From IMG/VR virus record IMGVR_UViG_3300026484_000095, positions 1 to 64,000 of that record: DNA of 64,000 bases; one strand, 5' to 3'. A program made the position numbers and the translations under genes. The stretch comes from a virus. Shown here piece after piece: positions 28,148 through 37,766 of this stretch; position 1 is the stretch's first letter, and the number at the start of each line of letters is the position of its first letter. The notes beneath the pieces were generated by a model. It was not told the DNA's origin. It saw only the letters and a program-made list of their open reading frames with translations, and searched no databases.

Positions 28148-28657
28148 ATGAAAATCATAGCAGGAGTAAGTCAATACTCAAAAGGTTCAAATAAAGAGTT
28201 AGCAGAGAAATTTGTAGCAAATGTAGAAAGCTACTTCAAAAAAGAGTTCCCTAACGGTTGGTTCAATGGTGGTCTAAGAAATGGGTTAGGTGCAGACCAT
28301 ATAGTATTCTCTTTTGGTATGAATAAAGAGGTAAAGGTTACTCCACATAATGACCCTATGTATCATTCAGTTATCATACAATGGGGAGACGGGTTCGGTA
28401 ATCAAAGCAAAACATTGGAACAAGGGGCCGAACTTACATTAAGTGCTAATGGTGGTATTCATACAAACCCTGCTGAGGGTTCATTTATGGCAATGGATAG
28501 AGTTAAAACAAAACTTACAAATGTTAAAAAAGGTGGAAGCTTAGATAAGTTCGACAAGAAGTTCAAAACCTTTATGCCTAAGTTGAGAAAGCTATTTGAT
28601 GAGCATAAACACAATCTCTACAGAGTAGAAGATATAAACCCTAAATATCTAAAATAA
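28148..28657 (+). CDS. Hypothetical protein (starts MKIIAG)
   Basis: After promoter module. Confidence 0.6.
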   Translation: MKIIAGVSQYSKGSNKELAEKFVANVESYFKKEFPNGWFNGGLRNGLGADHIVFSFGMNKEVKVTPHNDPMYHSVIIQWGDGFGNQSKTLEQGAELTLSANGGIHTNPAEGSFMAMDRVKTKLTNVKKGGSLDKFDKKFKTFMPKLRKLFDEHKHNLYRVEDINPKYLK

Positions 28658-28668
28658 GGGGTCTAACT

Positions 28669-29124
28669 ATGTTCAATGCAATGCAAGATTTCCATAAGGA
28701 GTTAAAGAACCATAGAGGTCTGTTTCGTGTAAAAAGAAATGAGCAAGACGAATTAGTATATCAAGGCTGTATGTTAATTGAAGAATACCCACAGTATTCC
28801 TACATAGCTTCCATCACCTATCGCTTCTTAGGTTTAGCAGGTAAGGTTAATGCTGAACGATATGACCCTGATACAGTTATCCCTCTGTTCTTAGAAGAAC
28901 CTGATAAGTTCCATTTTATTGAGAAAGTGTTTAAGATAAACCAAGTAACAGATAATGATACTTATTTAGTTGCTAAGGCTACTGTCAAAGTTGAGTTAGA
29001 TAAGGATATGAAGAGAGCTTTATATGACCTTAATACAGTTATAGAAGCTAAAGCTCCATTTACTTCCATAGAGATGCAAAACAGAGTAACACTGATGGCT
29101 GTTAGTATGTTTAATCTAAAATAA
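28669..29124 (+). CDS. Hypothetical protein
   Basis: ORF with AAGGGG RBS. Confidence 0.55.
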   Translation: MFNAMQDFHKELKNHRGLFRVKRNEQDELVYQGCMLIEEYPQYSYIASITYRFLGLAGKVNAERYDPDTVIPLFLEEPDKFHFIEKVFKINQVTDNDTYLVAKATVKVELDKDMKRALYDLNTVIEAKAPFTSIEMQNRVTLMAVSMFNLK

Positions 29125-29171
29125 GAGATTTGTATATAACGGAGGTTGGTTATAAGTTCCGTTAGTGCTAT

Positions 29172-29352
29172 AAAGTTCTTATAGTGATAAAGGCTTCCTA
29201 TATCGCTTATATGAGCTTTTATCTCTTTTTTAAGGGTAAAGTATAGGTAAAGGGCTAAAAGGTCTTAAAGAAAAAATATGAGGGTATTTTTTCTTTAAGG
29301 TATTTTTAAGCATTATTTAGTTATCATTTCGTTAATTCAAAAATAAAAAGGT
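29172..29352 (+). repeat. Extended promoter-module repeat
   Basis: AAAGTTCTTATAG...GCTTATATGAGC...TAAGGGT...TTAAGG 29295...TATCAT 29322. Confidence 0.7.
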
Positions 29353-29359
29353 GCAAAAA

Positions 29360-29521
29360 ATGGATAGAGAGCAAATGATAACTAAATACAAAAAGCTTCT
29401 GAATGATGCTTTAGTTAATTGGGATAGTGCAAAAGAAAATGGCAACACTGAATGTGCTGAGTATTGGAGTGGCTGTATAACTGCTTATAGAAAAATTGTA
29501 AATGATTTAGAAGAGGAGTAA
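29360..29521 (+). CDS. 53-aa hypothetical protein (below cutoff)
   Basis: MDREQMITKY..., AAAGGT RBS after promoter. Confidence 0.55.
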   Translation: MDREQMITKYKKLLNDALVNWDSAKENGNTECAEYWSGCITAYRKIVNDLEEE

Positions 29522-29525
29522 GACT

Positions 29526-31451
29526 ATGAGTATTCAGTTAGATAAATATCAAAGTAAAGTAGTTGCAGAACCTTTAACAGATAATAAGTGTATTACAGTT
29601 AGAGCGGGTGCAGGGAGTGGGAAGTCAACTACAATGGTAGCTAAAGCTCAAACAATGATTGGGGACGGTTCTAATCCATCTTCAATAGTTATCACAACTT
29701 TTAGTGCAAAATCGGCTTTGGATTTAAAACATAAGTATAAGAAAATGTTTCCAAACCAATTAAAAATTCCACATATCTCAACTCTACATTCTCTTGGTAT
29801 TACAATCTTAAAAGACTTCTTAGGTGTAGAATATCAGTTAATGAGTGAAGCACAAAGTGTAGGACTTATGAAGAGATGTATTCAAGATTTAGGATTTATA
29901 GATGACGGTTGGTTTGATGAGAAAGATTTGTTCCCATTCGCAAAAACTGTCCTCGATTATATCTCTATGTATAAAGAGCAAAATCTAGGTTACATTGATA
30001 TACTAGATGACATAGAGTTCAATATCTTCAAGTATGCAGATAAGAGTAGTAATTACTTTAATAGAAAAGAGTTTAAAGAGATAGCTAAGTATTATGACGA
30101 GCTGAAACAAGAAAAAGGCTTATATGACTTCGTGGATTTGATTTATGAAGCATATTATCAGTTGAAAGAGGACGAAGATGTCTTAGCATTAGTTAAAGAT
30201 ATGTATGGCAAACTTATCGTAGATGAAGCACAAGATGTTAATCAACTTCAATGGGATTTTATGATGTTGATATTTGCTCATAGACAAATGGTAGTAGTTG
30301 GTGACCCTATGCAAAACATCTATAATTTTAGATATTCAGTACCAGATAATTTTTCAGTTGATTATCTATCTAAGTTCTTTGACGAGGTAGTTCCTTTGGA
30401 TTTAGCATACAATTATAGAAGCACCAAAGAGATTGTAAAAGTTGGAAATATCCTTAGAAAGATAGGTGGAGATACTTTGGAGCTTGAAGCATTTAATGGT
30501 TCTAAACCTGCCTCTGTTCAATTTACAGAAGTGTATGACAATGTTCAAGAGGGAACAAAGGTTGCAGAACTGATTAAGGATTTAATCGAGCTTGGTTATG
30601 AATACAAGGACATAGCAGTAGTAGTAAGAACTAATAGTGTAATCAGAGATGTTGTTCAACCTGCTCTTATAAAAGATAATATCCCATATAAGATGAATAA
30701 TTATACAGCAGGGACTAAGTTAATGGATAGAGTTTCAAGTGATGTATACTTCAATGCTTTAAGTGTTATCTATGATACAGAAGACTGGTTCGCTTTTGTT
30801 GATTTAATGAGATTGCTATTAGCTGACGAGCCATTTGTGAATAGTTTAGCAGAGCAGTTATCAAAGACCAAAGATATTGATAGTCTTAAATTTACAGATA
30901 GCTATGAGAAAAAATTATATGACAGAGCAGTTAATATCTATTATGAGTTAGTAGAGATGAACGAGACTCTTGATGGTTATGATAAAGCAGGGGATATGTT
31001 AGCTAACCTATTCTTTCTGTTAAAAACAGAAGCAGAGGGCAAGGTGGACATAGTAAAAGATTTAGCAGTCGTATATAAAACAATCTTAAACTTTTGGTAT
31101 GCTTTAAAAGAAGAGTTTAAGAAACTATCTGTTCAGAAAACATTAGAAGCTATGATATTAAGAGCAAGAGACTATGATAAAGATGTCGAGACTGATTCAG
31201 TTAAGATAGGTAGTATTCATAGCTTTAAAGGACTTGAACATAAGGTATCTATTGTATGTGGCTTTACATCATTCAGACCTAAAAAAGATATTCATAATGA
31301 TTTGACTAATATGGTCTATGTGCAACTATCAAGAGCGATTGATAAGCTTATCATTGTTAATAGTTTCAACTATGTAAGTGATAAGTTCAAAGTAACAAGT
31401 GGTTATACACTTGATGATATAGCAAGTTTAAAGGTGCGATATAAGGCTTAA
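29526..31451 (+). CDS. UvrD/PcrA-like SF1 helicase (copy 1)
   Basis: AGAGSGKST, DEAQD, VGDPMQNIY, NYRST, HSFKGLE, YVQLSRA. Confidence 0.9.
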   Translation: MSIQLDKYQSKVVAEPLTDNKCITVRAGAGSGKSTTMVAKAQTMIGDGSNPSSIVITTFSAKSALDLKHKYKKMFPNQLKIPHISTLHSLGITILKDFLGVEYQLMSEAQSVGLMKRCIQDLGFIDDGWFDEKDLFPFAKTVLDYISMYKEQNLGYIDILDDIEFNIFKYADKSSNYFNRKEFKEIAKYYDELKQEKGLYDFVDLIYEAYYQLKEDEDVLALVKDMYGKLIVDEAQDVNQLQWDFMMLIFAHRQMVVVGDPMQNIYNFRYSVPDNFSVDYLSKFFDEVVPLDLAYNYRSTKEIVKVGNILRKIGGDTLELEAFNGSKPASVQFTEVYDNVQEGTKVAELIKDLIELGYEYKDIAVVVRTNSVIRDVVQPALIKDNIPYKMNNYTAGTKLMDRVSSDVYFNALSVIYDTEDWFAFVDLMRLLLADEPFVNSLAEQLSKTKDIDSLKFTDSYEKKLYDRAVNIYYELVEMNETLDGYDKAGDMLANLFFLLKTEAEGKVDIVKDLAVVYKTILNFWYALKEEFKKLSVQKTLEAMILRARDYDKDVETDSVKIGSIHSFKGLEHKVSIVCGFTSFRPKKDIHNDLTNMVYVQLSRAIDKLIIVNSFNYVSDKFKVTSGYTLDDIASLKVRYKA

Positions 31452-31506
31452 AAGGGTTTAATAAGGGTTTGGGCTTAGTCAAAGTGATTTAAGCCCATAT
31501 AAGCGA
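31443..31506 (-). repeat. Inverted copy of the GCTTATATG upstream element
   Basis: Minus strand reads TCGCTTATATGGGCTTAAA... Confidence 0.5.
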
Positions 31507-31533
31507 GATACGGAGCAATACAGTCGAAACACT

Positions 31534-31588
31534 CAAAGCTTTGTTAAAGTATCTTTTAGCTATAATAAATTTTCAAAAATAAAAAGGA
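31534..31588 (+). promoter_or_regulatory. Promoter module variant
   Basis: TTAAAG...TAGC-TATAAT 31561...AAAATAAAAAGG. Confidence 0.6.
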
Positions 31589-31593
31589 TTGAA

Positions 31594-32010
31594 ATGTATT
31601 TTGTATCAAAGACGGTAAAAGAACAGTTAGGCACTTATAAAGGTGCAGATAAGAAAGAGTATTCAAATGAGATACCCGAAGCTATGGAGCTTATCACCTT
31701 TGATATAAAGCTAAGAAAAGAAGCTAAGTTTCACACAGACCTCAGAGCACCTAGTGAAGCTGTTAAGCAGTTCAAGGAGGGAGAAATATCTCTAAGCACT
31801 TATAAAGAAAAGTTCTTTAGAAATTTAGAAGCCATGCAACCTCACATCATTGCTAACATATTGAGAGGTAAGGTTATACTTTGTAGCTGTGGTGGGAAAC
31901 ACGATAAGCATTGTAGTTCAGTACTTATCAAGGAGTTCATTGCCAAGAAGAACCATAAATTAGTTCCGATAACTAAAAAAACATTCGATAGGAAATTAAT
32001 TTCGCTTTAA
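31594..32010 (+). CDS. DUF488-related protein (second, divergent)
   Basis: APSEAV, YKEKF, VILCSC...HCSSVLI; same architecture as 24226. Confidence 0.45.
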   Translation: MYFVSKTVKEQLGTYKGADKKEYSNEIPEAMELITFDIKLRKEAKFHTDLRAPSEAVKQFKEGEISLSTYKEKFFRNLEAMQPHIIANILRGKVILCSCGGKHDKHCSSVLIKEFIAKKNHKLVPITKKTFDRKLISL

Positions 32011-32064
32011 GGGAAAATTAAGCGATATAATGTTATCATTCTCTATCTTAAAAAATAAAAGGTT
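32007..32064 (+). promoter_or_regulatory. Repeated promoter module copy
   Basis: TTAAGG 32007, TATCAT 32034. Confidence 0.75.
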
Positions 32065-32069
32065 TGAAG

Positions 32070-32249
32070 ATGGAAGAAGATATAATCCTATTAGAGGATG
32101 GACGAGAGGTTTCAGTTAGTTATAGAAAGTTCAAAAAAGGTGGACTTTATGTAACAATTATATTCCCTGATGGTTCAGTTAAAGAGGACTTGGTATCTTC
32201 ATTCGATACATTAGAGAACCTTTTAAACAAAGGATTTTATGATGCTTGA
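32070..32249 (+). CDS. Small hypothetical protein
   Basis: After promoter module. Confidence 0.5.
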   Translation: MEEDIILLEDGREVSVSYRKFKKGGLYVTIIFPDGSVKEDLVSSFDTLENLLNKGFYDA

Positions 32250-32353
32250 TTTAGAGATATACGAAGAGAGCTATGAACTGTTAATGGCTTATAATAGAGG
32301 TGAGTTTGAAGAACAAACTCCAGATGAAAATAATAATAATGAGGAGAAAACAA

Positions 32354-32734
32354 ATGACTAATGAAATTATAACAAGAGCTATAAATGACGAGGCAAGTGT
32401 AGAAGAGATTGAAAACATAGTTCAATTCTTTCAAGATAAACTAGAAGAGAAAAAAAGTGCCAAAGTAGTGGTGGAAAAGCTACCTCTTGGTATGAGTGCA
32501 ATGACAAGCTGGTTAAGTCCAAGATTGAGACCTGCTGTAAGTGTGCAAGACCTTATTGATTCTCTAAACATCATTAAGGATAAATCTCTTATAGTATCGT
32601 GGGAGCTAAGAAGTGACGATAGCTCTGATTGGGGAGAGATTGAGACTATAAAAGAAGTTATTGTTCGAGATAGTGATAACGAAGAGGGCTATGATTGTAA
32701 TCAAGTAGTGCTAAGTTTAAGTAGCAATGTATAA
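32354..32734 (+). CDS. Hypothetical protein
   Basis: GAGGAG RBS before ATG 32354. Confidence 0.55.
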   Translation: MTNEIITRAINDEASVEEIENIVQFFQDKLEEKKSAKVVVEKLPLGMSAMTSWLSPRLRPAVSVQDLIDSLNIIKDKSLIVSWELRSDDSSDWGEIETIKEVIVRDSDNEEGYDCNQVVLSLSSNV

Positions 32735-32735
32735 G

Positions 32736-32756
32736 ATAACACCTTCGGGTGTTATT
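32736..32756 (+). terminator. cUUCGg-capped hairpin
   Basis: ATAACACC-TTCG-GGTGTTAT. Confidence 0.65.
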
Positions 32757-32760
32757 CTAT

Positions 32761-32843
32761 AAGATTAATTTTTAAGGCTCTTAACCCGAACCTTTTTATT
32801 TTTGATTACCCATTTAGGGTTAAGGGTCTTAAAAATTAATCTT
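32761..32843. repeat. 27-bp-arm inverted repeat
   Basis: AAGATTAATTTTTAAGGCTCTTAACCC / GGGTTAAGGGTCTTAAAAATTAATCTT. Confidence 0.75.
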
Positions 32844-32847
32844 CTCT

Positions 32848-32903
32848 TTAAGGAATTTCCAAGCTAAAATTAGTTATCATTTCTTATCTGAAAATAAAAA
32901 GGA
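32848..32903 (+). promoter_or_regulatory. Repeated promoter module copy
   Basis: TTAAGG 32848, TATCAT 32875. Confidence 0.75.
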
Positions 32904-32912
32904 ATTAAAGTT

Positions 32913-33425
32913 ATGAGTATTCAACTTCAAACAATCGCAAAGTTTATCAAAGACGCAAGAGGAGCAGTCTTAGCTGACATAGAAGCTATAAGAGAGTTCG
33001 CTAGTCATAGGGGTTTTACTAATGAAATTCATTTAGACCTTAATCGCAAATTGGAAGAGGTGCTAAATAGCGAGTATAAAATGTACCCTGCTTTTAAATT
33101 GAACAAGGTAAAGTTCAATGAGAAACCCGAAGAAGCTGTCCTAAGACTTATACAAGATACAGATAAAGAAGTAGCAAGAGAGTTGAAATGGCACTTGGAG
33201 CTGTTAAAAGATAACAAAGTAAAAGTTAAACAGTTCTCAACTATCTATATGATTATTAGTTTTATCAATCGTGAGCTAGGTGGAACTATCCCTCTATTCT
33301 CTTCAAGTGATACAGAGAATACAAAAGAACGAGAGTGTATAAAAACATTCGCCAACGGTAAGAAAATCTATCAGCTGAAAGAGGCTGAATACAACCTTCT
33401 AAAATCCCTCATTAAAAAAGCATAA
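32913..33425 (+). CDS. Hypothetical early protein
   Basis: After promoter module. Confidence 0.55.
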   Translation: MSIQLQTIAKFIKDARGAVLADIEAIREFASHRGFTNEIHLDLNRKLEEVLNSEYKMYPAFKLNKVKFNEKPEEAVLRLIQDTDKEVARELKWHLELLKDNKVKVKQFSTIYMIISFINRELGGTIPLFSSSDTENTKERECIKTFANGKKIYQLKEAEYNLLKSLIKKA

Positions 33426-33445
33426 TCCAAACTTTCCCTCTTCAG

Positions 33446-33483
33446 GCTATATATCAATTTATGGTATATAGCTTTTTTTTTTT
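33446..33483 (+). terminator. Intrinsic terminator
   Basis: GCTATAT ... ATATAGC followed by T11. Confidence 0.65.
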
Positions 33484-33502
33484 CTCCAAAATCATCATTT
33501 AC

Positions 33503-33652
33503 TTCGCTTATATGAGCTTTTATATATTATCTAAGGGTTTATATCAAATAAGGATAAAAAGCCCTTATAAGCTAAATATAGAGTTATTTTCTTTTTAAGG
33601 AAATTTTAATAAAAGTTTAGTTATCATTTCTTATCAAATTAATAAAAAGGTT
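33503..33652 (+). repeat. Extended promoter-module repeat
   Basis: TCGCTTATATGAGC...TAAGGGT...TTAAGG 33595...TATCAT 33622; 5' UTR nearly identical to 28112-28150. Confidence 0.7.
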
Positions 33653-33657
33653 TAAAG

Positions 33658-33831
33658 ATGGCTTCATATAAAACAAAATGTATATACTGTGAAAGCAGGA
33701 ATGTAAGCGAGACGAGAGGAGCAGAAGATGATGTCTATGAAACAATAACAATCCACTGCAATAATTGTGGAGAGAGTTATAAATTGTTATATGATAATAA
33801 CAATGATGGTTATGAAATGGTGGAGGACTAA
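33658..33831 (+). CDS. 57-aa zinc-ribbon protein (below cutoff)
   Basis: MASYKTKCIYC...HCNNCG. Confidence 0.65.
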   Translation: MASYKTKCIYCESRNVSETRGAEDDVYETITIHCNNCGESYKLLYDNNNDGYEMVED

Positions 33832-33835
33832 TCTG

Positions 33836-34039
33836 ATGCAAATGTATAGAATATATGGAAGAGATAAAGGCTCAAAGCAGAGATTTAAACCTCTTGGTTC
33901 TCAGGGTGGTGACTTATGTTTCGTAGTGAATCTGATATATGCTTTGAATTGGGACGATAAAGATATAGTCGAAGCTAAGTGTAAAGAGTTAAATGATATG
34001 AACGAGACTCTTGAATTTGAAGTAAGAAAGGTAAAATAA
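33836..34039 (+). CDS. Hypothetical protein
   Basis: GGAGG RBS before ATG 33836. Confidence 0.55.
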   Translation: MQMYRIYGRDKGSKQRFKPLGSQGGDLCFVVNLIYALNWDDKDIVEAKCKELNDMNETLEFEVRKVK

Positions 34040-34040
34040 G

Positions 34041-34337
34041 ATGGGTTGTAGAGTAACTACAAAAGGGGTGGAAGCTAGGGCTTCTGCTTACCTTTACAAA
34101 TTAGTTGGTAGAAGATTTACTAAAAAGAGTTTCGTAAAAGAGCTTATGGAGACTTTCCCTCGTATGAATAAGTTTAAGCTACATAAAGAGAAAGAGGGTA
34201 AACTTAAAGACCAAGATGATAGTTTTTTATTCACTTTAAAGAGTCCTGAATTGTTTGTTGATGTAACTATATGGTATCTAAAAACAAATGATAAAAAAAC
34301 TTTCTATATTACTGAGGTGGCTACAAGTTATGAATAA
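34041..34337 (+). CDS. Hypothetical protein
   Basis: Packed ORF. Confidence 0.5.
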   Translation: MGCRVTTKGVEARASAYLYKLVGRRFTKKSFVKELMETFPRMNKFKLHKEKEGKLKDQDDSFLFTLKSPELFVDVTIWYLKTNDKKTFYITEVATSYE

Positions 34338-34563
34338 AGTTATATTTTTTGTGTATAATAACACGGGCTATCGCTGTAACAATCTAAAAGGCTCTATAAC
34401 TTATAATTGTTATGATGAGTCCTATGTAGTTTTAGATAGACTGAAAAGACCAAAGGGTAGGGTGTTCCAAATCAAAGATGAAGAGGAACTTAAAAGTGAG
34501 TTAGGACTTATGTTCCCAAGTTGCACTAGATTATTTTTAACAAGAAAAGAGATAAAGGATTAA
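34330..34563 (+). CDS. Hypothetical protein
   Basis: GAGGTG RBS. Confidence 0.5.
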   Translation: MNKVIFFVYNNTGYRCNNLKGSITYNCYDESYVVLDRLKRPKGRVFQIKDEEELKSELGLMFPSCTRLFLTRKEIKD

Positions 34564-34566
34564 AAG

Positions 34567-34800
34567 ATGGATAGCACGAAAGAAACTGCAAAAGGCTATA
34601 TGATTATTGAAGAAGAGTTCCACGAGAGAATACTTCCTGCACTGTATGGTAGAGAGCATACAGAGATAGAACCACATATCAAAGTTGAAATGTTTTACAA
34701 GTATCTTAAACACTTAGAAGCAGATGGTATCATTAGTACCTATTATGTAACGGTTTATGATATAAATTATCTAAAATCCATTTTTGATATAGGTAAGTAG
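34567..34800 (+). CDS. Hypothetical protein
   Basis: AAGGA RBS. Confidence 0.5.
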   Translation: MDSTKETAKGYMIIEEEFHERILPALYGREHTEIEPHIKVEMFYKYLKHLEADGIISTYYVTVYDINYLKSIFDIGK

Positions 34801-34842
34801 GGGGGGTAATTCCCCACTTATCGTGTTTAGAGGGTATATAAA

Positions 34843-34975
34843 GGCTTATAAGAGCTTTTATCTATTTTCTAAGGGTTTTATATGAGTAGAGCTTAAAAGC
34901 TCATATAAACAAAGTATAGGGCTATTTTTCCTTTAAGGGATTTTTAAGTATTATTTAGCTATCATTTCTTATCTA
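34843..34975 (+). repeat. Extended promoter-module repeat
   Basis: GCTTATAAGAGCTTTTA...TAAAAGCTCATATAA (internal inverted repeat)...TTAAGG 34933...TATCAT 34960. Confidence 0.7.
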
Positions 34976-35058
34976 AAAAGTTAAATCAATTTCGTAAATT
35001 GCTAAGAACTGCTAAGTGTTGGTTTCTCTTTAAGGTAAATTATTTCAAAGGAACTGTA

Positions 35059-35499
35059 ATGGCTAAAAAGAAAAATTATGCCTTAGTCGGTAAGACTGAA
35101 GACACAATCTTTTATAAAGAGTATCGAACTCCTACAAAAGATTTCATAATGAGAGGAACAGCTACCATTAGCTTATGGGGTGGTGGCACTGGTTCTATTG
35201 AAATGGATACCGTAGAGTTCCAAGCTGATGAGCTAACCAAAGCTGTTATATATGCTAATCTTAATGATGGACAGTTTGGCTGTGAAGATATAAATAGTGC
35301 AAATGTTACCATAGAGCAAAAGATAGCAGTTAATAGAGTTCATATAGACCCTAAGACACTAACAACAGTCAAGTCGGTTGATGTAGAACAATACGAAGAG
35401 GTTGTTTGCGATTTGTATGTATCTCATAAAGACTTTGATGAAGCTATTGGTCACCCTTGTAGAAGATTAAAAGGTGCTGTTTATAATAGCAGAAGTTAG
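35059..35499 (+). CDS. Hypothetical protein
   Basis: AAGGA RBS before ATG 35059. Confidence 0.55.
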   Translation: MAKKKNYALVGKTEDTIFYKEYRTPTKDFIMRGTATISLWGGGTGSIEMDTVEFQADELTKAVIYANLNDGQFGCEDINSANVTIEQKIAVNRVHIDPKTLTTVKSVDVEQYEEVVCDLYVSHKDFDEAIGHPCRRLKGAVYNSRS

Positions 35500-35596
35500 T
35501 TGAAATATAGTTGATAGTTGGCTCATATCTCTTAAATACGAGCTGATTATCTAAAATAGGTATAAGAGTATCAAGTCAAAGAGAAAAGGGCTTAAA

Positions 35597-35827
35597 ATGG
35601 ATATATCAAATGAGTTATCAATAGAAAGACTAGAAGAGTTGGCTTTCAAAGTCTTACTACAGCTTAATAAAGCATATAGTTTTCAATATAGAGAACAACT
35701 TAATGAAGCAGTCAAGCGAGGTAAGAGTAGTATCACGGTTAATTATCAAGGCACACCTACAATCTTATTCTTTGATAGTAAAGGGCAGGTTATCAATGTA
35801 GTTAAAAACCTAAAGGTTAAGAGATGA
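35597..35827 (+). CDS. Hypothetical protein
   Basis: ORF track. Confidence 0.5.
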   Translation: MDISNELSIERLEELAFKVLLQLNKAYSFQYREQLNEAVKRGKSSITVNYQGTPTILFFDSKGQVINVVKNLKVKR

Positions 35828-36201
35828 ATATAACTATCCAAGAGTTCATAGAACTGGATTGGGATTATTGGGGGAGTAAGTATCAAGAGAATGACTATCT
35901 TGCTGATTTAGAGTTCCAAGATAAGTATAATAAGATACTACGAGCACCTGATTTAGAGTTCGTATGCAGTTGTATAAGCCCAACCTCTGCTTCCTTTTTG
36001 CATAAGGTGTTAGATAATATGGTAGAGATTGAAGCTGACGAACAGACTATAACCTCTCTTAGAATCAAAGGTTGGAGTGAATTGGGTATAACTGGTTATA
36101 GTTCATCTATTCATAAAAGCACAGTAGATGGACGAGAGTATTTGGTATATATCAATAGTGCAATAGAGTATATATACTCTATTAATCAGCTTTTTAGTTA
36201 A
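35824..36201 (+). CDS. Hypothetical protein
   Basis: ATGA overlap. Confidence 0.5.
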   Translation: MNITIQEFIELDWDYWGSKYQENDYLADLEFQDKYNKILRAPDLEFVCSCISPTSASFLHKVLDNMVEIEADEQTITSLRIKGWSELGITGYSSSIHKSTVDGREYLVYINSAIEYIYSINQLFS

Positions 36202-36240
36202 GAAATTTTTAAGCGAAAGAGTAGTAAGATTCTTTATCTA
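36198..36240 (+). promoter_or_regulatory. Promoter module variant
   Basis: TTAAG 36198, TTAAG +11, TAAGAT 36225. Confidence 0.6.
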
Positions 36241-36275
36241 TTAAGATATAAGAAAATTTATTAAAAGGTGTTAAA

Positions 36276-36467
36276 ATGGTAGATGCAAATAAAGAACTTA
36301 AAATCTATTTGATTATTACAAATAGAAAAACTGAGAAAAGAAAAATCTTGGAAGTAACTGAGTATAGTTATAGAGATTTTGAAAAGACTATTAAATGTTA
36401 TGAGGATACTTGTGATATTATAGTAAAAAGAAGAGCAGGAGATAACTTTGAAATTTCAGAAACATAA
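36276..36467 (+). CDS. Small hypothetical protein
   Basis: AAAGGTG RBS. Confidence 0.5.
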   Translation: MVDANKELKIYLIITNRKTEKRKILEVTEYSYRDFEKTIKCYEDTCDIIVKRRAGDNFEISET

Positions 36468-36792
36468 AAGAGCTACGGTTATAGGTGCTAAATTCACATT
36501 AGCACCTTATATAACTAAGGAAACCAATTTGGATAAAGATAAGTTAGTAGCTGAAAGGTTATTAAATGCTTTGGCAGACGGTATTATAAAACAGTTGGAC
36601 TGTATATCTAAATCTAATTGTCCTAATGAAACAGATGGAACTGAAAGCTATGAGATAGAAGTTATGGTTGCTAACTTATCTGCTTACAAAGATACAATCG
36701 CTAGGGTTAAGGCAACTCTAAATGAAGCAAATGTTAATCCAAAAGTTACAGACTTAATCTTAAAGCTATTATTGGATTTACCACAAGGGTAG
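36448..36792 (+). CDS. Hypothetical protein (TTG start)
   Basis: AGGAG before TTG. Confidence 0.5.
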   Translation: MKFQKHKRATVIGAKFTLAPYITKETNLDKDKLVAERLLNALADGIIKQLDCISKSNCPNETDGTESYEIEVMVANLSAYKDTIARVKATLNEANVNPKVTDLILKLLLDLPQG

Positions 36793-36802
36793 GAGTGAAC
36801 TT

Positions 36803-37006
36803 ATGGAAAAGTATAGAATTAGAGAGGAATACAGACCGATAGATGGAGTTCCTTTTTATATAGCCCAAAGACGAGTTCTAATCTTCTTTTGGACTGATTG
36901 GTTTCAATGTAAAAATGGTTCAAGCCAAACTTATTCTAGCACAGATAAAAGCATAGTAAAGAAGTTCCTACGGGATATTGAAGCTAAGGGGGTGTTAAAA
37001 TGTTAA
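36803..37006 (+). CDS. Small hypothetical protein
   Basis: AGGAG RBS. Confidence 0.5.
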   Translation: MEKYRIREEYRPIDGVPFYIAQRRVLIFFWTDWFQCKNGSSQTYSSTDKSIVKKFLRDIEAKGVLKC

Positions 37007-37428
37007 ATGATATAAGAGTGCTTAAATATGAACTCTATCTTAGAGAGCTATTTGAAGAGCTTAAAGAGAAAAAAGTTAAAATAGGTAATCTGCCTTATAT
37101 GAGCAAAGAAAAGCAGAATTTGGTGCATTTACTTGAGTTTAATGGGTATATAGTTAGATATAAAAATGTCTTTATAGTTAAAGATAGAATGTTGCGAATG
37201 GGAGTATTAGAACTAGCAAATAGTTTTGAAGACTATGAGAAGCTTGAAATAGTTGAATCCTTTAAAGCTAAATACTTAGGCAGAGTTATAAAAGGACTTG
37301 TATTAGATGGGAATAGTTACCCTACTATGAGAATCATCAATATAAGTGATGAGTTATTATTTACCTTATACAATCCTATATTAGGAGTAAAAATAAAAAT
37401 GGATTATAAGGAGTTCTTAAATGAGTGA
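37000..37428 (+). CDS. Hypothetical protein
   Basis: Overlapping ORF. Confidence 0.5.
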   Translation: MLNDIRVLKYELYLRELFEELKEKKVKIGNLPYMSKEKQNLVHLLEFNGYIVRYKNVFIVKDRMLRMGVLELANSFEDYEKLEIVESFKAKYLGRVIKGLVLDGNSYPTMRIINISDELLFTLYNPILGVKIKMDYKEFLNE

Positions 37429-37545
37429 TATAACCTTATTCTTGTTATTAGCCACTATATATTTGGTTTATATATCAACTCTTGCTTATATCTACCGAAA
37501 ATCTGAAAAAAAGGCAAATGATGTTCGTGATAGTGAGGATAACTT

Positions 37546-37755
37546 ATGGAAGTAGAATATCCTTTTAGAGAAGTTAAGATTATACTATTTTCCACATATC
37601 TATTAACTTCTCTATTAATGTTACTTAGCTTAATGAACTTAGTCTCATTGAGAGTTGTATTAAGTGTATTAGTTAGTGGTTGGTTAATAACAACTATCAT
37701 CTTTATCTTAGATTGTTTAGTATATCTATACAATAAGATAATAAAGCCTAACTAA
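37546..37755 (+). CDS. Small membrane protein (2 TM)
   Basis: Hydrophobic 69 aa; GAGG RBS. Confidence 0.5.
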   Translation: MEVEYPFREVKIILFSTYLLTSLLMLLSLMNLVSLRVVLSVLVSGWLITTIIFILDCLVYLYNKIIKPN

Positions 37756-37766
37756 AAGGTGTAGTT

